Below are positions 15,436-25,228 of a DNA stretch of 26,344 nucleotides, in pieces. Origin of the DNA: a candidate division FCPU426 bacterium. GTDB lineage: Bacteria; Oederibacteriota; JAAXVQ01; JAUVAV01. The notes under the pieces were generated by a model. It searched no databases, was not told the origin of the DNA, and saw only the letters and a program-made list of their open reading frames with translations. Every line of letters starts with the position of its first letter. Position 1 is the stretch's first letter. The stretch is taken from positions 1 through 26,344 of the forward strand of contig DAOWGI010000083.1 in NCBI GenBank assembly GCA_030637655.1. Direction: 5' to 3'. The translations under genes and the position numbers were made by a program.

Positions 15436-16455
15436 TTATTCCAAATCAAAGGCTGTGACATGAGCCGATCCCTCGCGCAATTGGCGCAAAAGGTCTGCCA
15501 GATCCGAAGAGGTGGATTCCAGAGCCACAGGCTTGTAATTTTTAAGTTCGTCAAAAACATCTTTCTGCTTGATGGCCACACGCATGGCCGCATCCGCTTC
15601 TACCGGTGTCACCGCAGTGTTCACCTTGCCCACACTGTTGAGCTTGAACCAAGCCGGCTGTGATCTGCCATTCAAGCCACCTATCGATTTCCCGAATTCA
15701 TCATAGGCCATTACCATCCAATAATATTTCTTCCCGTTTTCCAACGCACGGGCAGAGGGTAAATAAAGCAATTGATTGGCACGGACCATAGGGCTCTTCC
15801 AATAGGTATTGATGGTCGGATCCTGATTCGGGCTGACCAACACCTCGTACGAGACAGCTCCTTGTCCTGGAGACCAGGAAAACATGGGCAGCAAGGTATT
15901 GACCACAATGCTGTTGGGATAGATCACACGAGGCGGGTTATTTTGCGCAGAAGGTGGCGCAAACATGGCAATCCGCATGGCATACGATGGACCGGTTGGA
16001 TCCAAAGGAATCACCTGTACCTGGAAATTACCCTTGATCTGTGAATTTCCGCCTTGGAGCATTTTCATGACTTCTTCCTGCTTCAAATAATCATTATTAT
16101 AATTAATCACATTGTTGGCAGGATTGGATATCTGGCCGGCATTAAAAACGTTTTTACCAACAACCAGAGGTACGGTGGTCATAAAATTAACAGAAGCCAC
16201 ATCAACATTCCCATCCTTAATCTCCAATCGGAAGCGAAAACTGTTCTTGGCTTTTGTGGATTCCACGGACATCATTAGTATTTTTGAGGAGACCATCTCC
16301 ACCTTGGAATCCCCTTTGTCCCAGGCTTTGTAAATTTCCATAAGAACTCGCGGTGAGATCGTGATGCTGTTGATACGTACCTTAGCCGCTATTGGCGGCG
16401 CAGCAGCAACCATCAGCACAAATAAAGCTACAATAATTCGCACTGGTACTTTCAT
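15436..16455 (-). CDS. Exported protein with Fn3/Ig-like domain
   Basis: AAAGGAGG RBS, signal peptide, and PMFSWSP..GAVSYEVLVS...KYYWMVMAYD. Confidence 0.75.
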   Translation of the reverse strand: MKVPVRIIVALFVLMVAAAPPIAAKVRINSITISPRVLMEIYKAWDKGDSKVEMVSSKILMMSVESTKAKNSFRFRLEIKDGNVDVASVNFMTTVPLVVGKNVFNAGQISNPANNVINYNNDYLKQEEVMKMLQGGNSQIKGNFQVQVIPLDPTGPSYAMRIAMFAPPSAQNNPPRVIYPNSIVVNTLLPMFSWSPGQGAVSYEVLVSPNQDPTINTYWKSPMVRANQLLYLPSARALENGKKYYWMVMAYDEFGKSIGGLNGRSQPAWFKLNSVGKVNTAVTPVEADAAMRVAIKQKDVFDELKNYKPVALESTSSDLADLLRQLREGSAHVTAFDLE

Positions 16456-16605
16456 AGCTAACCTCCTTTAAAAACTTTTTAATTAAGAATTGTGGTAATA
16501 AATTTTAAAAATTTCTTTTTACGCGCGAAAAAATGAAAAGCATGGACAAATTGCTGGAAAAAGACTGTAAAGACAGTGTTTTTATCCGCCTCCTATCCGG
16601 AAATA

Positions 16606-16634
16606 AGTCTAGTATAGGCTTTGGAATTTGTCAA
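16606..16634 (-). promoter_or_regulatory. Putative sigma70 promoter (TTGACA-17nt-TAGACT) for the Fn3/FecR/barrel operon
   Basis: Consensus -35, 17-nt spacer and near-consensus -10, about 150 nt upstream of the ATG at 16455. Confidence 0.6.
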
Positions 16635-16639
16635 TTAAT

Positions 16640-16819
16640 TGTATCATGTCAGTGAAGTGTTTTTTTAGTTTGTCATCCCCGAATGCTTGTATCGGGGATA
16701 TGGTTTAAAAAACCGAATTCCCGATTAACCCCTCGGGCTGCGTCAGCGTCCCTTTTCGATATTTTTCCGGTCGGGGAATGACAACCTTTGTTTAACCGGC
16801 AGTTCACTGACATGTTACA
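16640..16819. mobile_element. 180-bp MITE-like element with TGT...ACA termini and flanking ATTAAT
   Basis: Terminal IR TGTATCATGTCAGTGAAGTG versus CAGTTCACTGACATGTTACA (2 mismatches). ATTAAT lies at 16634-16639 and 16820-16825, and there is an internal TGTCATCCCCGA...TCGGGGAATGACA palindrome. Confidence 0.7.
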
Positions 16820-17017
16820 ATTAATTAGAAATCAGAATTTAAGGAATCGCCAAACAACGAAACGATCCGTTCACGACTAAGCCGTCTATTTTGCGGGGGA
16901 ATTGTAACCACAAGTGCAACAGTTTGTAAGTTAGAAGTTAACCTAATAACCGGCACCGCTTTACTAAACTAATCATCCAAAACTCCGGCCAAAAGAAATA
17001 TTTCTAAATTAAATTTG

Positions 17018-17944
17018 TTAAAATGCAATTCCGAGAGCAATCGTGTGTTCACCATCGCTCTGGCTAAATCCATTCCAAAGTTTTGGCGCAAAAGCATAAT
17101 CCAGAAGGTATGTTAATCCGTAAATATCCATGTGCACTCCTGCGCCCACGGACAACCCCTCCAAACTTTCATTCCCTAAAACGTAACCCGCTCGCGCGCT
17201 GACTGTTTTTGCATAAATATATTCCACTCCAATTCGAGTTGAAAACAGTTCATCATAAATTCCATAAACAAAATCTACGGCTCCTCCCAACCCATGTTCA
17301 GCCGCAAGGTCGGACCGGGCGCCTACCGAAGCCTTCAGATTAAACGGCAATTCATGAGTATTGCTGATATACTTGATCCTGGTTCCCATATTTTGAATGA
17401 CCAGGCCGAAAGAAACTACTGGATGGAGTTCATATTGAAATCCCAAATCCACCGCAAAGGCGTTGGCGCTATATTCACCCAGGGTCGAATTCATAAACTT
17501 CAAACTTCCTCCCAAGCGCAGTTTCTCATTCAAGCTTTTACCCGCAGCCAGACTTACCAGCAGGTCATATACTTTCCAAGGAGCTTCGCCCGGAAGATTA
17601 TCAATATCCGCTTGCCCCTGATAAATCACTCCCAATCCTAAAGCAGCCACCCGTGGAATCAAATAGGCCATCGCTAAAACTTCCGTATTAATTTCGGCAA
17701 AACCCATCTGATGCGAAACACTTACCTCGCCCTTTTCCAACAAAGCCAAACCGGAAGCATTCTCAAACAGACTATAGGCGCTGTCGGCAAGCGCGGCTGT
17801 AGCGCCTCCCAACGCCGCGGCCCGGGCTCCCACCGGAGCATTGAGATAAGATAAGGCAGTTGTTCCTATCCCTCCTGCTTGTCCGATTTGGACAAAAAAC
17901 AAGCTGAAAATAACTATCCCCACAAATACCGTTGTTTTTTTCAT
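17018..17944 (-). CDS. PorV/PorQ-like (FadL-related) outer-membrane beta-barrel
   Basis: Signal peptide, LNAPVGARAAALGGATAALADSAYSLFENASGLA, AVDLGFQY, RAGY and C-terminal HTIALGIAF. Confidence 0.85.
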   Translation of the reverse strand: MKKTTVFVGIVIFSLFFVQIGQAGGIGTTALSYLNAPVGARAAALGGATAALADSAYSLFENASGLALLEKGEVSVSHQMGFAEINTEVLAMAYLIPRVAALGLGVIYQGQADIDNLPGEAPWKVYDLLVSLAAGKSLNEKLRLGGSLKFMNSTLGEYSANAFAVDLGFQYELHPVVSFGLVIQNMGTRIKYISNTHELPFNLKASVGARSDLAAEHGLGGAVDFVYGIYDELFSTRIGVEYIYAKTVSARAGYVLGNESLEGLSVGAGVHMDIYGLTYLLDYAFAPKLWNGFSQSDGEHTIALGIAF

Positions 17945-17979
17945 TTTTTAGGTCTCCTTTATCTTTTTGACGAGAATGA

Positions 17980-18996
17980 CTAACGTACAATAGCGACCCT
18001 GATTGTTTTATGCATTGAAGCAGAATCAATCCGGATCAAATATACGCCTGAAGCTACCTTCTGATCATTGGCGTTTCTGCCGGACCAGACAATTTGACCT
18101 GAACTAACCTGCCCGGTAATCAGGGCTCGGATCATAACTCCTCGAGTATTATATATTTTAATTGTAACCTTTTCATTTGCCGGCAGCTGATTCAAGTTAA
18201 TTTTCAGTTCATCTCCCTTATCCGGGTTGAACCAGTTGCGGTCCACCATCAACCCTGGCAAAAGGCCAGGCGTAGAGGTCGCGGTATACGTACTCGTACC
18301 GGGTATAACCGGTGTAGCTATCATAACTGTCGGCGTGGCAGTAGGTGTACTCGTAATTGTCAGCGCACTCGTAACTGTCGGCGTGGCAGTAGGTGTACTC
18401 GTAATTGTCAGCGTACTCGTAACTGTCGGCGTACTCGTAACTGTCGGCGTGGCAGTATATGTACTCGTAATTGTCGACGTAGGAGACGGTCCAGCTACGG
18501 TTACACTTCCATTTGTCAAGTTAAATGGCATTTCTCCAGAAATTTCGTCAACAATTACTATGTTGCTTAGTGTCAGCGGAGATATCCCATTTGCTTTCGA
18601 GGTTAAAGTAATGGAAACGAAAGTTCCGGAAGAAGAAACCAAGTCTGGAAACAATAGAGTAAAAACATTAGTGACAGTCCCATTTATATTATCAATCGTT
18701 CCTTCTCCAAAGACAAACGCAGGCTGAAATAAATTTCCTTCAATTACGTGATTCACTTCGACAATGTCAGGATCAAAATTCAGATCAGCCTGCATGCCGC
18801 TTGACAAATCACCTTGAAGATCAACATGGATATCAATTGAAAAAACCCGGCCCAATTCATTAATTGTTTGGCTGGCGGGTTCTATACTAACCTCGGCGGC
18901 TCTGGTAATACAAGCGATTAGCAGCATAAAAACAGATATAAGCAGCAGCACTTGTGTTTGGCGGTTCAAAGAATTTTTTTCACGGTTCACATGCAT
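17980..18996 (-). CDS. Secreted protein: cohesin-like domain, Thr/Pro linker, C-terminal FlgD-Ig/T9SS-like sorting domain
   Basis: GMQADLNFDPDIVEVNHVIEGN (cohesin-like), TPTATPTVT repeats, and NWFNP...IKIYNTRGVMIR...WSGRNANDQKVASGVYLIRI. Confidence 0.85.
   Translation of the reverse strand: MHVNREKNSLNRQTQVLLLISVFMLLIACITRAAEVSIEPASQTINELGRVFSIDIHVDLQGDLSSGMQADLNFDPDIVEVNHVIEGNLFQPAFVFGEGTIDNINGTVTNVFTLLFPDLVSSSGTFVSITLTSKANGISPLTLSNIVIVDEISGEMPFNLTNGSVTVAGPSPTSTITSTYTATPTVTSTPTVTSTLTITSTPTATPTVTSALTITSTPTATPTVMIATPVIPGTSTYTATSTPGLLPGLMVDRNWFNPDKGDELKINLNQLPANEKVTIKIYNTRGVMIRALITGQVSSGQIVWSGRNANDQKVASGVYLIRIDSASMHKTIRVAIVR
18324..18480. repeat. Tandem 48-bp/18-bp repeats encoding the Thr/Pro linker
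   Basis: taactgtcggcgt... units start at 18324, 18372, 18420 and 18438. Confidence 0.9.
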
Positions 18997-19105
18997 GGCA
19001 ACATCCTCCTATGGGCTGAAGCCCGGGCTATCTGGCCAGTGGCATAATCCGGCTATGGCCTGTGCTGCCGAATATAGCAGCTTACTATTTTTCCATCCAC
19101 TTTTC

Positions 19106-19135
19106 CATTTGGTCAAAAACATTTGGTCAAAAACA
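19106..19135. repeat. Perfect 14-bp tandem duplication (CATTTGGTCAAAAA x2), intergenic
   Basis: Directly visible in the sequence. Confidence 0.85.
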
Positions 19136-19150
19136 ATTCATCGCCATCAT

Positions 19151-19606
19151 TCAAGGACATAATTCTTTTTTAAATATATTCTTCTTGCCTCTCCAACAAA
19201 GATAAGCTGTTTCAACCTTTTTAATAAGCCAACATGACTTTGGCGGATCTCTTTTTAAGTATATTTGATACCAAGCGCCTCTTTGCGAATCATCTAAGAA
19301 TCCTTCCAAAACTATAGTCACTATTGATTCCGTAGGATTTTCACTAGCATTATCCTTTTTTATTATACTTATAAATCCCGGCTCCTCCTTGCTTATATCA
19401 ACAAATCGCTGGGAAACCAGCAAGGGAGATTTTACCCAGGCTTCTTTTTCATCCACGGCCAGCTTGATTCTTTGGTTAAATTCACCAAACTCCAGGTACT
19501 TATAAGATTTAACTGGATATTGATCCGGTCGTATTTCTTCAGCTATCACTTCAAGTGGCAATAAAATTACACAACTAATAAACAGAGCATTAATTAAAAA
19601 TCTCAT
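19151..19606 (-). CDS. Small exported hypothetical protein (LDDS...C..RG...CP type)
   Basis: GGAGG RBS before MRFLINALF, a signal peptide and C-terminal cysteines. Confidence 0.8.
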   Translation of the reverse strand: MRFLINALFISCVILLPLEVIAEEIRPDQYPVKSYKYLEFGEFNQRIKLAVDEKEAWVKSPLLVSQRFVDISKEEPGFISIIKKDNASENPTESIVTIVLEGFLDDSQRGAWYQIYLKRDPPKSCWLIKKVETAYLCWRGKKNIFKKELCP

Positions 19607-19680
19607 TAGTTGCGCCTCCTGGTCCAATACGGCTCAAATATCATCGCCTGACCTCGCTCTTCGAGTTTGAAAACTTAGCT

Positions 19681-21840
19681 TTATTTCTTTTCCAGCTTTT
19701 TCAAAATAGTTATTATTTCCTGATCACCTTTTTTCTCGGCAATTTTCATGGCAGTAGTGCCAATAGCATACTCTTTATATACAATCTTCCCGGCTTTAGC
19801 AAGTTTGGCATTAACCTCCACGCCTTTAGTAATTAACCACCTGACATTCTTGGCATTTCCATAATGTACTGCATAATGCAGCGGGGTCGCGCCAATCCGG
19901 CTCTTTATATTAACCTCCGCGCCCTGCGAGATAAGCCACTCAAGTAATTTTTCATTCTCCAATTGCACGGCGTTATAAATCGGGGTCAAACCTTTTTCGT
20001 CCCTGGCATTAATATCAGCGCCTTCACGCACTAAATATTTCACGTTCTCCAGTATACCGCTGGTAACGGCAACAAAAAGCGGGGTCGCGCCTACATTAAT
20101 ATTTATATTAACCTCGGCCCCCTTTTGCAGCAAAAATTTAATTACCGGCAATCTTCCGCTTTGCGCCGCACAATACAGAGGATTATAAACCCCCTTGCCA
20201 AGATTCACATCGGCTTTATGCGCCAGCAAAAACCGGACCATTTCGAGATTCCTGTTCTGTACCGCCTGCGCCAGCGGAGTTATCCCCACATTGGTCATAA
20301 CATTGACTTTTCCGCCTTTTCGAACTACAAATTTCGCCGGTTCTATTAAGCTATGCGAAGCTATCTTGTGTAAACAAGTAGTGCCGTCTTTAGTCCGGAA
20401 ATTAACATCCGCTCCTTTATCCAACAGATAACTTATTATAGGTTTTGAAGCACAATAAAAACATAAAAGCGGAGTATTGCCCTCATTGTCTCTAGCCTTA
20501 ATTTCCGCGCCCTGGTTAATTAATAATTTTATCATGTCAAGATTAGAAGATTCACATGCTTGATGCAGCGGAGTTCTTCCCTGGGTATTACGGGCATTAA
20601 CATCAGCGCCCTGGTTAATCAAATAACCGGCATTATCAAGGTAACCATAACTCGCAGCCAAATGCAGCGGGGTATTGCCGGCATTATCCAGCACATTAAC
20701 ATTTTTATTTTTAGCAATAATCATTTTTAACAAATCAAAATTGGGACCTCCGGCAGCCACATGCAGCAAAGACATGCCGGCATTGACTTTTTCATTTACA
20801 TTAGCTCCTTGGGATATCAAATAGGCCGCGATTTCCAGCGAGGAACTGACCGCTATTTGCAAAGGAGAATAGCCATAACTGGTTTTAAGATTCAGTTCGG
20901 CGCCATGTTTAATTAAATATTTAACTATTTCCAAATCCAAAGCGCTGATCGCGGCTATTAATGGGCTACTCAATTCCTGCTGGCCGGAACTGTTTATTTC
21001 CGCCCCATTGGCCACAAAGATTTTTGCGATCGCCAAATTCCCCCTGTTGCAAACGTTATATAATGGCGTTACTCCACAAGTGCTTTTCACATTTAAGCTT
21101 GCGCCCTGGTTAATTAACAGTTTGGCAATCTCCGGATCATTATTCACTTTAAAGATTGCGGTTTCTCCACCCTGATCTTTAATATGCAAATCAGCGCCTT
21201 GCTTAAGTAAAAGCTTAACTATTTCAACGGCATCGCTCTGCACTGCCGCCATCAGCGGAGTCAGACCATAACTATTCTTTTGGTTTTTATCCAGCCCGGC
21301 TTTAATCAGTTTCTGCGCGATTTCCGGATTACCGCCATTCTCAGCCACAATATGCAACAAAGTATCCTGATATCTGGTTTTAATTCGTATATTTTCCTGC
21401 TTTTGCAGGAACCAGTTCAATACTGCGTTGTTTTCACCCAAGGCGGCATAAAATACCGCATTCAGACCATTGGAATCTTTGGTTTTTAAATCAGCGCCTT
21501 TGCTTATAAGATATTGGACCAGTTCCAGACTCCCATTACGTGCGGCTAAATGCAAAGCTGTGGTACCTTTGCTATTCCGAATAGTAATTTTCGCGCCTTT
21601 TTCGAGCAATAGTTTAACCATAGCTTTATTTCCCTCGGCTGCCGCAACTTGTAAAGCCGTATAATCATTCAAATTTTTCACAGTCAAACTGGCGCCGTCA
21701 TCCAGGGCCTTTTTAACCTGATTAATCTCCCCGGCATTAATTGCTTTGAACAAATCAACATTAGCATTCGCATAACTCAGGCTTGCGCAGCCAAGCAGAG
21801 CTATTCCACAGATCAACCGCAAAAATGTTTTTTGTTTCAT
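19681..21840 (-). CDS. Exported ankyrin-repeat protein (about 20 repeats)
   Basis: Signal peptide, repeated GxTPLHxA...LIxxGADVN, and GGAGG RBS. Confidence 0.96.
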   Translation of the reverse strand: MKQKTFLRLICGIALLGCASLSYANANVDLFKAINAGEINQVKKALDDGASLTVKNLNDYTALQVAAAEGNKAMVKLLLEKGAKITIRNSKGTTALHLAARNGSLELVQYLISKGADLKTKDSNGLNAVFYAALGENNAVLNWFLQKQENIRIKTRYQDTLLHIVAENGGNPEIAQKLIKAGLDKNQKNSYGLTPLMAAVQSDAVEIVKLLLKQGADLHIKDQGGETAIFKVNNDPEIAKLLINQGASLNVKSTCGVTPLYNVCNRGNLAIAKIFVANGAEINSSGQQELSSPLIAAISALDLEIVKYLIKHGAELNLKTSYGYSPLQIAVSSSLEIAAYLISQGANVNEKVNAGMSLLHVAAGGPNFDLLKMIIAKNKNVNVLDNAGNTPLHLAASYGYLDNAGYLINQGADVNARNTQGRTPLHQACESSNLDMIKLLINQGAEIKARDNEGNTPLLCFYCASKPIISYLLDKGADVNFRTKDGTTCLHKIASHSLIEPAKFVVRKGGKVNVMTNVGITPLAQAVQNRNLEMVRFLLAHKADVNLGKGVYNPLYCAAQSGRLPVIKFLLQKGAEVNININVGATPLFVAVTSGILENVKYLVREGADINARDEKGLTPIYNAVQLENEKLLEWLISQGAEVNIKSRIGATPLHYAVHYGNAKNVRWLITKGVEVNAKLAKAGKIVYKEYAIGTTAMKIAEKKGDQEIITILKKLEKK

Positions 21841-21936
21841 ACTAATAACCCTCCTATGATAGAAATAAAATCTACATCCGCAAAACCTTTTAATTACCGG
21901 CCAAATTGAATTCCGACTACCGTATTCTTACTTCAA

Positions 21937-23808
21937 TTATTCCTTTAATCCCAACACTTCATATACAGACAAAGCCTCGGCCTTGCCTTTGAGCATAATT
22001 CCCGCATGTTCCTTGACTTCCACAATGTCCTTTACTGCCTGATAGGTACTTTCGGAAATCAGGAAAAACGCCCCTAAATCCTTGGTTTTACTCTCCAAAC
22101 GGGAAGCCACATTGACCGTATCCCCGATCGCTGTGTATCCCATGGCCTGCTGAGAACCCATATTGCCCACAATCGCTTCCCCGGTATTAAGACCCACACC
22201 AATCTTAATAGTACGCCGGCCTTCGCCTTTCCATTTGTTGTTCAATTTTTCCAAAGCCTGCTTCATATCCAGTGCTGCTCTCACAGCGCGCGCCGGATCA
22301 TCCTCGTGCGCGACCGGCGTCCCAAAAATAGCCATCACTGCGTCACCAATGAATTTATCCACCATGCCATCATGCTTAAAGATAATATCTGTCCAGGTCT
22401 GGAAATATTCATTAAGCAACTCAACAACCTGTGCCGGTGGAATCTGCTCGGACATGGAGGTGAAACCGCGCACATCCGAAAAAAGCACTGTCACATTCTG
22501 CTGATTGCCTCCCAATTTCAACGCGGCATTCGGATCTTTAACCAATTGATCCACCACTTTGGGTGAAACAAAACGTGAGAACACACCCTTAATATACCGG
22601 CTCTGACGTTCCTCTGTGACCAACAGATAGGCCAGTACTACCACATAGGTGCCTACGTTAATCATAATCATGGGGGTGAACATGGGTATTACCAAATCAA
22701 ATTGTACAAACAGCCAGGAAGCAACTCCGCCGTAAAGGAATATGGATGCCACGAGCAGCAAAAAGCTGTACCAGGTCCGAAGATGTGCACACACCAAGGC
22801 CAAACTCAGAGCCAAAAGATAAAACACCAAAATGTTTAACCAGCTTGAGCTGTTAATGAAATATTTTTCCTGCAGAATGGTATCCAACACATTCGCGTGA
22901 ATTTCCACGCCTGAGGTTAAACCACTGGAACGCAGCAAAGGTGTGGCATGATCATCCTGCGCTTCGGTAAACATGGGACCGATTAAAACAATTTTCCCTT
23001 TAAACATCTCTGTATCCAACAGGCCCTGGAAAATTTCGTCATCCATGATATTATCAAAAGAAACAATCGTAAAACTGCCCGGACCGCCGCGATAGTTGAT
23101 CATCAGGTCGGCATTTCGTTTTACTTTTATTTCCATGGAGCCGTAGGTGAGCAGATTATTGGTAAGGATTACTTTCGGATCTTTGATTTTATAAAAACGC
23201 GAGAGGATTTTAAGTATAAACGATTGATATAACTTTCCTTGATGTTTGCGTATTAAAGCCGCGTGGCGCACAATACCGTCTTTATCATGCCAATAATTTA
23301 CATAGCCGACATGCGTCTTTCCCGGATCAATCTTTGGAATCGGAGCCACATAAGAAGTCTTCGTGCCGACGGCCGTCTTTTTGGCGTAAAATTTACTACC
23401 CAAAACAATCCAGGCGCGGGAGCGGATAATGGCTTCTCCCAATATTTTGTCCTGACGCGCGACATCTTCATCACTAGGTTCCGAGAAAATCAAGTCAAAG
23501 GCTATAACCTGGGCCCCGGCTTTGGAAAGATTATCAATGGCTTTGGCAAAAACAGATCGCGGCCAGGGCCAGCGGACTTTAAGTGATTCCATGGTTTGAT
23601 CATCTATACCCACAATAATGATTTTATCTTCCCTGGACGGACCGACGAATTCTTTCATCATATAGCGCAAATCCAGCATTTTGTTCTCATAGGTAATGCC
23701 AAAACCCACATAATCCATAAATGAAAACAAGGTGGCAACAGACAACGCGATAATAATCGCCATTTTTGTCTTACTGACTTTTTTTATGTATTCAACAATG
23801 GCCTGCAT
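21937..23808 (-). CDS. CHASE2-domain class III adenylate cyclase
   Basis: IVGIDD..RWPWPR, SGVEIHAN, three TM helices, VLFSDVRGFT, DKFIGDAVMA and YTAIGDTVNVASRLE. Confidence 0.95.
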   Translation of the reverse strand: MQAIVEYIKKVSKTKMAIIIALSVATLFSFMDYVGFGITYENKMLDLRYMMKEFVGPSREDKIIIVGIDDQTMESLKVRWPWPRSVFAKAIDNLSKAGAQVIAFDLIFSEPSDEDVARQDKILGEAIIRSRAWIVLGSKFYAKKTAVGTKTSYVAPIPKIDPGKTHVGYVNYWHDKDGIVRHAALIRKHQGKLYQSFILKILSRFYKIKDPKVILTNNLLTYGSMEIKVKRNADLMINYRGGPGSFTIVSFDNIMDDEIFQGLLDTEMFKGKIVLIGPMFTEAQDDHATPLLRSSGLTSGVEIHANVLDTILQEKYFINSSSWLNILVFYLLALSLALVCAHLRTWYSFLLLVASIFLYGGVASWLFVQFDLVIPMFTPMIMINVGTYVVVLAYLLVTEERQSRYIKGVFSRFVSPKVVDQLVKDPNAALKLGGNQQNVTVLFSDVRGFTSMSEQIPPAQVVELLNEYFQTWTDIIFKHDGMVDKFIGDAVMAIFGTPVAHEDDPARAVRAALDMKQALEKLNNKWKGEGRRTIKIGVGLNTGEAIVGNMGSQQAMGYTAIGDTVNVASRLESKTKDLGAFFLISESTYQAVKDIVEVKEHAGIMLKGKAEALSVYEVLGLKE

Positions 23809-23817
23809 GCGCTCTCC

Positions 23818-25119
23818 TTAAGGGTTCACAATTAACGTTTCGCCTGAAATCCTTATTATGGTCCCAGTCACCAACTGACCGGCCTGACCCCGGATTTTAA
23901 TTTTAGCCTTAGCATAAGTCTCCGTGGTACCGGTCCAGGTATTATTGTCTGTTTTTTGTTCCAGCAATACTGTTGTCCGTGTATTGAGGCGTGATTTCCG
24001 ATATTGCACAGCCAAAGCTTTGCCAATGGTTCTCAGTTCTTTGGCCCGTGCTGTGATTTCCCGGCTTATAATCCGGCCGGGCATGTTCGCAGCTTGAGTG
24101 CCCGGACGCGCGGAAAACGGAAACACGTGCAGTCTTATCATATTACATTCCCGCACTAATTTACAAGAATTCTTGAATGCTTGCTTGGTTTCACCCGGAA
24201 AGCCGACAATCACATCCCCGGTGATGACAAAGTCAGATCTGGCTTGTTTGAGCTTTGCCACTTTCTTTTTAAACTGAGCCGTGTTATATGTCCGGCGCAT
24301 GGCTTTGAGAATGCCGTCATCTCCACTTTGCAGGGACAAATGCAGATGCGGACATATTTTATCTCCTGCCGTCTTGAGGGCTTGGATCAAATCATCCGAA
24401 AGATGCTGTGGTTCTACGGAAGATAGACGCAGGCGGTAGGTGCCCGGGATTTTTATTAATTCCGGAATAAGTTGGGCCAATCCCGGCTGCCAGCATCCGA
24501 TATTCACCCCAGTAATGACAATCTCCTGGAATCCGTTTTTAACATATTGCTCCACTTCATTTTTGATATCTACCAGAGGACGCGATACCGGTTTGCCGCG
24601 TGCCAGGCGTACCCGGCAGTAAGTGCAGCTGCCATCACAACCGTCTTCTATCTTTATCATAGCGCGTGATTTGCCAGGCATAGGTGATAATGGTCCGGTC
24701 TGGAAAAATCCTCTAGCCACCGGATCCTGCCAGGCCTGATCTGTCACCTGCCTGGTCCTGTGGAACAATTTAATTGCTTGGCTGATAATTTGCGCGGCTT
24801 GTGAGCGGTGTGCCTGGTCTATCACAGCTACCACACCAGGTAATTTGGCCAGTTTCTCGCTCTCCATCTCAGCCAGACAACCGCTTACCGCAATGGCCGC
24901 ATCCGGATATTGTTTTTTAGCTTGAGTAATATATTTTTTAGAATCACGGTCAGCGCGTTGGGTGACTGTACAGGTGTGAACTAAGACTAGATCAGGTTGA
25001 TCTTCATTACTGCTCAGACGCCAGCCGGCTGATTCCAACTGAGCGCTCAATAAGCTTGCTTCTACTTGATTAACTTTACAGCCCACAACATGCACGGCAA
25101 AAATCTGTTTGGAATTCAT
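23818..25119 (-). CDS. mtaB: tRNA t6A37 methylthiotransferase (radical SAM)
   Basis: GCKVNQVE, TCTVT, GCLAE, EDGCDGSCTYC (CxxxCxxC), RLRLSSVEP and HVFPFSARPGT. Confidence 0.92.
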   Translation of the reverse strand: MNSKQIFAVHVVGCKVNQVEASLLSAQLESAGWRLSSNEDQPDLVLVHTCTVTQRADRDSKKYITQAKKQYPDAAIAVSGCLAEMESEKLAKLPGVVAVIDQAHRSQAAQIISQAIKLFHRTRQVTDQAWQDPVARGFFQTGPLSPMPGKSRAMIKIEDGCDGSCTYCRVRLARGKPVSRPLVDIKNEVEQYVKNGFQEIVITGVNIGCWQPGLAQLIPELIKIPGTYRLRLSSVEPQHLSDDLIQALKTAGDKICPHLHLSLQSGDDGILKAMRRTYNTAQFKKKVAKLKQARSDFVITGDVIVGFPGETKQAFKNSCKLVRECNMIRLHVFPFSARPGTQAANMPGRIISREITARAKELRTIGKALAVQYRKSRLNTRTTVLLEQKTDNNTWTGTTETYAKAKIKIRGQAGQLVTGTIIRISGETLIVNP

Positions 25120-25228
25120 AATAGCCTCGCTAGAGTGTGAACTTAGAAGCTATTATCCGAAAAAAATATACACATAACAAGTATTTATTCACCACATACC
25201 TCTTTTTGAATATGCGGTGAGTACAATT

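Noticed and set aside
18324-18480. Tandem repeats as a CRISPR-like or regulatory array
   Set aside because: They are in-frame repeats fully explained by the Thr/Pro linker.
14657-24669. Plus-strand ORFs opposite the FecR, PorV, ankyrin, cyclase and mtaB genes
   Set aside because: They are antisense shadows of confidently identified genes.
25186-25223. Imperfect inverted repeat after the 25229 stop as an intrinsic terminator
   Set aside because: The stem is mismatched, the loop is 12 nt and there is no clear U-tract, so it is too weak to call.
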